Origin: a virus
Taxonomy: Duplodnaviria > Caudoviricetes
Length of the DNA stretch: 50,603 nt
Reading direction: 5' to 3' (one strand)
IMG/VR virus record: IMGVR_UViG_3300046002_006145
Span: 1-50,603 of that record
The translations under genes were made by a program, and so were the position numbers. Under the pieces are notes generated by a model. That model ran no database searches. It was not told where the DNA came from and worked only from the letters and a program-made list of their open reading frames with translations. Of the stretch, positions 44,825 to 50,603 are shown one piece after another (position 1 is the first letter of the stretch; each line of letters starts with the position of its first letter).

Positions 44825-46296
44825 TATGCAGGAAGAGTTGGTTCGTTAATAGAAAAGGTATTCTTTGTTGTCTGTTCAGCGTTGTACTGCTCGAAATCGG
44901 CATCAGTGTCATTCGTAAGTCCTGCTTTCTCGAAGGAAGCCTTTTGAGAAATCACCGGAACGCCACCATTGGCATCAATCCATATTTTCATTTCTGCAGC
45001 TTCGTCCACAATCATATATGGGGTGATAATAGGCTCAACCATTAAGTTATCAGCCTCTGAAGCTAACTTAGTGTTGAATTTACCAATGAACGCCTTAATC
45101 ACGTTGATTCTGCGTTGTAGATATTCATCGAAAACTTCTTGATGGTCGGCAACCTTCAAGTGAGCATCCATAAACATAAGCTTCAAAGCTATTCCAGAGA
45201 TAGCACCAAGTCCTTTAACGGCATCAAATGAAATGTCCGGTGTTTGGGTAATGGTGTAAATCATTTGAAGCAGCGTATTTATTTCAAGCTTAACGGCTTC
45301 CGGTGCATTAGCCCACGAAAGGTATTGAGCAGACGAGTTTTCATCACCTTGCAGGATAGCACCAGACTCGCCCTTTTTAGCAAATCCAAGCAGTTTTCCT
45401 TTTACGAAAATCTTAGGGCTGGCGTGATAATCGTTCGTATCTGCAAAGTTTGACAGTAATTTTTCCAATCTGTCAATCAGGTTTTGAACGTCAGCCCATT
45501 CCACTTGCGGTTGGTTACCAAAGATTACAGGGATTTTTCCAATTGCGATTGCCTTTGGATAGCCTTCTACTAAGGCGTGCCCATCTGTAGCCGTTTCCCA
45601 CATATAGTGGTATTCGTCTGTATAGGTTTCGAAATAGCTTTTTGTTACTGTCTTTTCAGTGATTGAAAACTCACGGGAAAAGGCTGTCATATCGCCTGTT
45701 TCATCGAAGTAAGGGTACAGTGTATCGCCAAGAAGCGGTGAGAAGATTGCACAACGAAGTTTAAACTTACTATCAAATCCATAAACTGAATTGTCACTTG
45801 CCACTGGGTACCAATACTCGGCCACCTCAGTACAACTGAAAATGTTCCTGGCGACCTTGCGGTTGAAAGACTTTTCTTTGATGTCGTACATCACCCTTTT
45901 TAAAGCTTTCAAAACTGCCTTTTGATTGTCGTTTTCTGCCGAAGCATCTAACGTAACGGCATTACCAAAGATGAAAGACACTGCACGCTTAACGATAAGC
46001 TTCTGAATAGCCAATGCAACACGTGCCACTGGTTCGTATCTGTAGCCTGTTGGTGTTTCACCGCCTGTAACGTTTATCACGTTGTTGTCGTTGGTTTGAT
46101 ATTCAGGGTCGTCTGGGTCAATCTTCACCTTTTTATCAGGCCTCTTAATCCTATCGTACACATCGTGCTTCAACGGTTCAAGATTATTCTTGTAGGTTTC
46201 TGTTTGTGGGTTTTCGATATTGCGTTTTGACTTTAGCTCAGTTATCGCTTTGCCGTGGTCAAGGTCTTCCAGTAGTAATAATTCTTTTATGTCCAT
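44824..46296 (-). CDS. Portal protein (SPP1 gp6-like)
   Basis: IVKRAVSFIFGN, GKIPVIF, LLSNFADTNDY, TQTPDISF, SGIALK. Confidence 0.9.
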   Translation of the reverse strand: MDIKELLLLEDLDHGKAITELKSKRNIENPQTETYKNNLEPLKHDVYDRIKRPDKKVKIDPDDPEYQTNDNNVINVTGGETPTGYRYEPVARVALAIQKLIVKRAVSFIFGNAVTLDASAENDNQKAVLKALKRVMYDIKEKSFNRKVARNIFSCTEVAEYWYPVASDNSVYGFDSKFKLRCAIFSPLLGDTLYPYFDETGDMTAFSREFSITEKTVTKSYFETYTDEYHYMWETATDGHALVEGYPKAIAIGKIPVIFGNQPQVEWADVQNLIDRLEKLLSNFADTNDYHASPKIFVKGKLLGFAKKGESGAILQGDENSSAQYLSWANAPEAVKLEINTLLQMIYTITQTPDISFDAVKGLGAISGIALKLMFMDAHLKVADHQEVFDEYLQRRINVIKAFIGKFNTKLASEADNLMVEPIITPYMIVDEAAEMKIWIDANGGVPVISQKASFEKAGLTNDTDADFEQYNAEQTTKNTFSINEPTLPA

Positions 46297-46304
46297 TATT
46301 TTAT

Positions 46305-46319
46305 GTATTAGTGTGATAC
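46305..46319. promoter_or_regulatory. Operator copy GTATTAGTGTGATAC just upstream of the portal start
   Basis: 8 nt upstream of the portal ATG; no adjacent TAnnTTTG box seen. Confidence 0.6.
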
Positions 46320-46347
46320 GTATTTGATTAAATAAGATTGATAATTA

Positions 46348-46458
46348 TTATATATTCCAAATTAATGTGCTATTCCCACTTCCTATGAAATATGCTTCTG
46401 CCTTAATAGTTGTAGTTGTCAGACCTCCATTAGCAGCTATTTTCTTTGAGAATGTCGT
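46348..46458 (-). pseudogene. Possible start-less 3' remnant of a displaced fibre gene
   Basis: Open frame TTFSKKIAANGGLTTTTIKAEAYFIGSGNSTLIWNI* lacking a start codon. Confidence 0.3.
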
Positions 46459-46467
46459 TTAGGATTG

Positions 46468-49400
46468 TCATTTACTTTTAAATAAATAGTTTTCAATACA
46501 TATAAAGCCATCAGATGAAATCCCTCCTGGTCTTGAAACATCTTGTTTGTTAATATTTAATTGTGACCACGTTTTACCTTCATCATTTGATATTCCAACG
46601 TGTCCAAGTTGTCCTATATAAATCATTGTGCCATAGATTTCTTTAAAGAAATAACAAACTTCTCTTGACTCAAAAATACAAGTGAATAATGCTTGTGAAT
46701 CAAAATCAACTAATTTTCCTTTCCATACTCCTTGACTTGACCGTTTAAAAGTATCAGTTCTATCAGGTGGCATTAGTACATTTCCTAATTCAGTTTTTTC
46801 ATTATCTACTCCTACATAAACGGTATTATCTTGGTCTTGCTTCAATAGAATTCCAAGCGGTCTTTGAACAGAATTAACAGTACTATTCAATCTTGTAAGC
46901 GATAAGGTATCCCAAGGATAAAAAGAAATAAAAGCATCGGAAGCTATAACTGATAACCATAAAATCCATCCATCAGGATACACTTCGCCAGCACCTATTG
47001 CAAATCCATCTTTACATTTATTAATTGAATGAATGTGTCTAGTTTGTAAGTTATTATGAGGATTATTAACAGCTTCCATTAATCTAAAAGAAGTTGCATT
47101 TATATATTTAACTTTAAAATGAACCCCATTCCCAAAAGATAAGCCATCAAAACCGGTATTAATAATCCAATCCCATTCACTTGCCGCTGCACTAATTTGC
47201 TTTTCAAATAAGATAATTTCGCCATCAATAAAATTGTGGTTAGTAGTTGTGTTTACTATAATATCACTTCCAGAATCTACTATTGAAGCAACAGCAATTG
47301 GTGTATAATATTTAAACTTTTTAGTTTTTTCAATTTCTTTACTTGCTGAACTTGGAACATATTGGCTTCTTTTTATAACATTAAATAAAGAAGTTCCAGC
47401 AGAAGCTGCCATTCCAACAGAGATTAAATTTCTTAATAAAAAAGTGGCATCTGCTGCTCTAATATTTGCATCTATACTGTTTATAATATCTCCTTTTGAA
47501 CCATATTCATATCGACAAAACCAATTTCTACCACCATCATTGCTCATAAAAACACAAATCCTTACACTTCCGGTAGTTGGGGAATTGGATTTATATGTTC
47601 CTAGAATAGATATTTTATTATCAGCCTCAAACCCTCCCATAAATCCAAATGAATTTGTATCTATTCCACGCATTGGAGCATAAAATCTACCAAAAGTAGT
47701 TGTACCCCCATCGGACTTTGTTTTTGTAATAGTAGCTGGATAGCCACCGTTTCCATAACCATTATCAGTAGAAATTAAAGGGTGCATTTCATAAGCTGAA
47801 TCTGGTAAACAAGGGAAATATTTATATTTTCCAGTACTAATTAAAGTTGCATCCGAACCTACATTTGTTTTTACTGGCGTCCATCTTTCTGGAAGTTCCC
47901 ACACACAAGATTCATCAAATAATTTATAATCGGTAGATTGAACAACTCCATCACTGCTTATAGCTCTACTTGGAAAGTTGTGATAAACTTGACCATTTTG
48001 AGTTATTACATTCATTCTCCATTCTGAACCAGGATATGAAGTTGTTGCGTTTCTAGTCCAAGGCATTAAAACAACTCTTTCAATAGTAGATCCGCTAATT
48101 AAATTTGGGAAATTAGTACTGTTAAGTATTATTTCTTCTTGCACACCATCAAATCCATCAATACTTAGTGAAATAGCAGTTGTACTAGTCCACACTACTA
48201 TCTTATTAAGTGTAGCGACAAGCGTTTTTGCGGCTATGTTTTTATAAACAACTGCATTATTATCTTCAAAAATTTTAACTAAATCTCGATTGACAAAAGA
48301 AAGCGCATCTGTTATTGTTACTGGCGTAGTAAATTCATCTAAAAACTGTATTTTTTTTCTTATGCTGATAGGAGCTTCGTCATTTGAAAAAATAAATTGA
48401 GTTTTTATCGCACTTAATCCACTACTTCCATCCATTGAAATCCATCCAATATTTGTAGGATCAAAATAAACGTATTGAATAGAGTTTGTAATAACAACTT
48501 CGCCATTGGTAATAATTGAATTTGCGGTTTTATTATATATTTTTTTTACCCCATTAAAAGAAACCATTTTTGAAGAATCGCCAATAGTATCTAAATTTCT
48601 TTCAGTAAAATATAACTTTATTTTTGAACCAACAGAGGCTAAATTTCCTATAATAACAAGGACTGCTTTTTTAGTTTCCAATGGAATTGGCAATAAATTT
48701 GCACCACCAATAGCACCGGTTTGTTTTTCCCAATAACTATATACGTTTTCTTTTTTATTAAAATTATAATCAATTATTTTATACTCAACCTTTACCGTAT
48801 TTGTTGTTGCCGGTTGTGATAAACTGATTTTCTCGCCATTTTTACTGATAGGAACCGCAAAATAGTAAGTTCCATCTGGATAAAAATCATAATCTTTACT
48901 AATAAATTTATTTTTATTAATACAGAAGCAATCTGTTGTAATATCCTTACTAGTTCCGTCATCCATTGTCAATATAACCGAAAACCCTGGTCCCTCTCCA
49001 ACGGTATTATATTTAAAAAGAATAGCATTTCCTTTTTCTTGTCCATCTAAAAACACGGTACTACCTATTGAACCAGTACCATTTTTTAAAAGATAAAATC
49101 CATTATAATTAAAACTTTCGGTATTAATTTCTTTTTGATATACTTGATATTTACAAGTAACACTACTACTATCAGAAACAGTTTTCCCAATACCTATATA
49201 ATCAAACATAGAAACATCAATGGCAAAACGGTTGTCTGACGATATTTTTAAAGTAGTTAATTCTTTTTTAGTTGGATTCTTATAGTTTATATTATTTGTA
49301 AAATCAATAACATAAAGCTTATTAAATAGTGTCGTTGTTCCATCAGGATAGAAACCGACAAGTTGTAATGTCGTATCGGCAGTAGCAACATTTAACGAAA

Positions 49401-49533
49401 CTACTAAACTATTAAAGCCCCTACAATCTATTTTATTTGCAGTATAAGCTGAAACCCCAGTTAAAGAAGTAAACAGGGTGGCGTTTTTTTCCCTGCCTTG
49501 TGTTCTAATTATATTATTATCTAATAAACCCAT
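46468..49533 (-). CDS. Large AT-rich protein with Asp-box (BNR) motifs; sialidase/beta-propeller-like adhesin or depolymerase
   Basis: SNDGGRNW and SNDEGKTW Asp-boxes; 1021 aa, beta-rich. Confidence 0.65.
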   Translation of the reverse strand: MGLLDNNIIRTQGREKNATLFTSLTGVSAYTANKIDCRGFNSLVVSLNVATADTTLQLVGFYPDGTTTLFNKLYVIDFTNNINYKNPTKKELTTLKISSDNRFAIDVSMFDYIGIGKTVSDSSSVTCKYQVYQKEINTESFNYNGFYLLKNGTGSIGSTVFLDGQEKGNAILFKYNTVGEGPGFSVILTMDDGTSKDITTDCFCINKNKFISKDYDFYPDGTYYFAVPISKNGEKISLSQPATTNTVKVEYKIIDYNFNKKENVYSYWEKQTGAIGGANLLPIPLETKKAVLVIIGNLASVGSKIKLYFTERNLDTIGDSSKMVSFNGVKKIYNKTANSIITNGEVVITNSIQYVYFDPTNIGWISMDGSSGLSAIKTQFIFSNDEAPISIRKKIQFLDEFTTPVTITDALSFVNRDLVKIFEDNNAVVYKNIAAKTLVATLNKIVVWTSTTAISLSIDGFDGVQEEIILNSTNFPNLISGSTIERVVLMPWTRNATTSYPGSEWRMNVITQNGQVYHNFPSRAISSDGVVQSTDYKLFDESCVWELPERWTPVKTNVGSDATLISTGKYKYFPCLPDSAYEMHPLISTDNGYGNGGYPATITKTKSDGGTTTFGRFYAPMRGIDTNSFGFMGGFEADNKISILGTYKSNSPTTGSVRICVFMSNDGGRNWFCRYEYGSKGDIINSIDANIRAADATFLLRNLISVGMAASAGTSLFNVIKRSQYVPSSASKEIEKTKKFKYYTPIAVASIVDSGSDIIVNTTTNHNFIDGEIILFEKQISAAASEWDWIINTGFDGLSFGNGVHFKVKYINATSFRLMEAVNNPHNNLQTRHIHSINKCKDGFAIGAGEVYPDGWILWLSVIASDAFISFYPWDTLSLTRLNSTVNSVQRPLGILLKQDQDNTVYVGVDNEKTELGNVLMPPDRTDTFKRSSQGVWKGKLVDFDSQALFTCIFESREVCYFFKEIYGTMIYIGQLGHVGISNDEGKTWSQLNINKQDVSRPGGISSDGFICIENYLFKSK

Positions 49534-49548
49534 TTTATTTTGTTTTTT

Positions 49549-50603
49549 TTAAGTTATTGTTAAAGCAGTTACTGTTCCGTTTAAATCTCTTGTAATAGTT
49601 TCAGTTAGAGTTAAAGTTACTCCATTATGTATTTTAGTGGCGACAAGGATAGTTACTAAATCGTTTAAATCTCTTGTTAAGGTTAGCACTCCACTATCTC
49701 CATCAGCCCATATAACTGATATAGGACTATTAATCAAGTCATTTGTATAAGTTATACTTTGAGGAATATATGACTCTGACAACAACATTTCTTTAAATAC
49801 AGAAGTAGCTGAAATTCCTAATTGACTCTCTAATATTGTTTCAGAATAATCTACATAAGTAGTAGGGGAAGAACCTATTTCAACTTGCATAGTATTCAAG
49901 TACGAAACAAGAAAAGACACGATGACAAATGCAGCGTTTGATGGTGTTGTAAACGAATTTCCGCTTGCGCTATTACCTCCCGATACATAAACATAATTAC
50001 TATCATAATAACACGTAAATCTCATTTGTTTTGCTGATGGTGAAACATATTGAGTATTAGGTAAAACCGGTATATAGTAAGACATACCCCAATTAACATC
50101 CGTAGAGATTACATTTAAATCTGTAATAAGCTTCCCAGAGGTTGCAGTTAATTTATTAAATTTATTTTTACCAACTACTAATCCAGCTTTGGTTTCATTC
50201 AATACTCTACCCATAAATGAACTAAGTGGTTTTGTATTTTGTAAATCTGATAAGTTATTTACAATATCATTTTTAACTAATAAAGACGGATCGATATTAG
50301 CTAAAGGAATAGTTAAAGTATAAGTTGCATAAGTTGTAGAAACTGTACCTAATTCTAATTGATAATTGACATTGTCTGCTACTACTCCTGAAAAAATAAC
50401 ATAAGCAACTCCTGGTGGAACAGTAAATGTAGTTCCGCTTGCACTATTCCCCCCCGATACATACATTCTATTAATATCATAATAACAAGTGAACCTCATG
50501 TTTTTATTAGATTTATAAGAAGCCCCTACGGTAACCGGAATAAAATCACTAAAAAAATAATTTACATCAGCTGTTTTTCCGTTAGTATTTGAAATATAAA
50601 AAC
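49549..50603 (-). CDS. 3' part of the junction-spanning fibre/adhesin gene (two tandem CBM-like repeats)
   Basis: MRFTCYYD.N..YVSGGNSASG..FT.P unit occurs twice; frame continues through the terminal repeat to GTG 497. Confidence 0.8.
   Translation of the reverse strand, partial: FYISNTNGKTADVNYFFSDFIPVTVGASYKSNKNMRFTCYYDINRMYVSGGNSASGTTFTVPPGVAYVIFSGVVADNVNYQLELGTVSTTYATYTLTIPLANIDPSLLVKNDIVNNLSDLQNTKPLSSFMGRVLNETKAGLVVGKNKFNKLTATSGKLITDLNVISTDVNWGMSYYIPVLPNTQYVSPSAKQMRFTCYYDSNYVYVSGGNSASGNSFTTPSNAAFVIVSFLVSYLNTMQVEIGSSPTTYVDYSETILESQLGISATSVFKEMLLSESYIPQSITYTNDLINSPISVIWADGDSGVLTLTRDLNDLVTILVATKIHNGVTLTLTETITRDLNGTVTALTIT
50477..50603. repeat. Exact direct terminal repeat (copy 2)
   Basis: Identical to 1-127. 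Confidence 0.95.

Noticed and set aside
860-46296. Stop-codon recoding, introns or inteins in core genes
   Set aside because: TerL, portal, capsid, tape measure and integrase are uninterrupted and of ordinary length under the standard code
4665-46319. CRISPR repeats or transposon ends for the 15-bp palindrome
   Set aside because: Copies are dispersed, short and tied to promoters; there are no regular spacers, cas genes or transposase
513-48736. Many antisense or nested ORFs in the track (e.g. 9029-9454, 11167-11688, 31692-32210, 41797-42120)
   Set aside because: They are shadows of well-supported genes on the other strand or frame, with no recognisable motifs
49925-50500. DGR template/variable repeat pair in the fibre gene
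   Set aside because: Differences are mostly synonymous and not adenine-specific, both copies are in one reading frame, and no reverse transcriptase is recognisable

Overview
The window is the complete, circularised genome (50,476 bp plus a 127-bp assembly overlap, 1-127 = 50477-50603) of a temperate, lambda/SPP1-like siphovirus. The host is almost certainly a Bacteroidota member, judged from TAnnTTTG promoter boxes, a BACON-tipped major tail protein and a Bacteroidota-type integrase. Modules: packaging (TerS/TerL preceded by a ParB-like + GT-A glycosyltransferase pair); PcfJ/PcfK/DUF3560; replication/recombination; a Cro/CI-like switch with a co-oriented Type IIG-like R-M gene; a tyrosine integrase with an attP carrying the 3' half of tRNA-Met(CAT); lysis; a lipoprotein moron; tail and head genes; an opposite-strand array of about 12 small genes; a long MuF protein with a toxin-like C-terminus; portal; and an AT-rich adhesin/Asp-box cassette between terL and portal. 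Most notable observations: (1) a 15-bp palindrome (GTATCAC-N-GTGATAC-like) in 11 copies at nearly every promoter except the cI/cro switch, often paired with a TTAAAACCGCAAC(A) motif just before start codons; (2) a MuF protein with an ADP-ribosyltransferase-like (DUF3626-like) tail facing a convergent candidate immunity gene; (3) a terminase-linked TAGT/GREB1-like glycosyltransferase with no recognisable TET or hydroxymethylase partner. All family assignments come from motif recognition by eye, not database searches.
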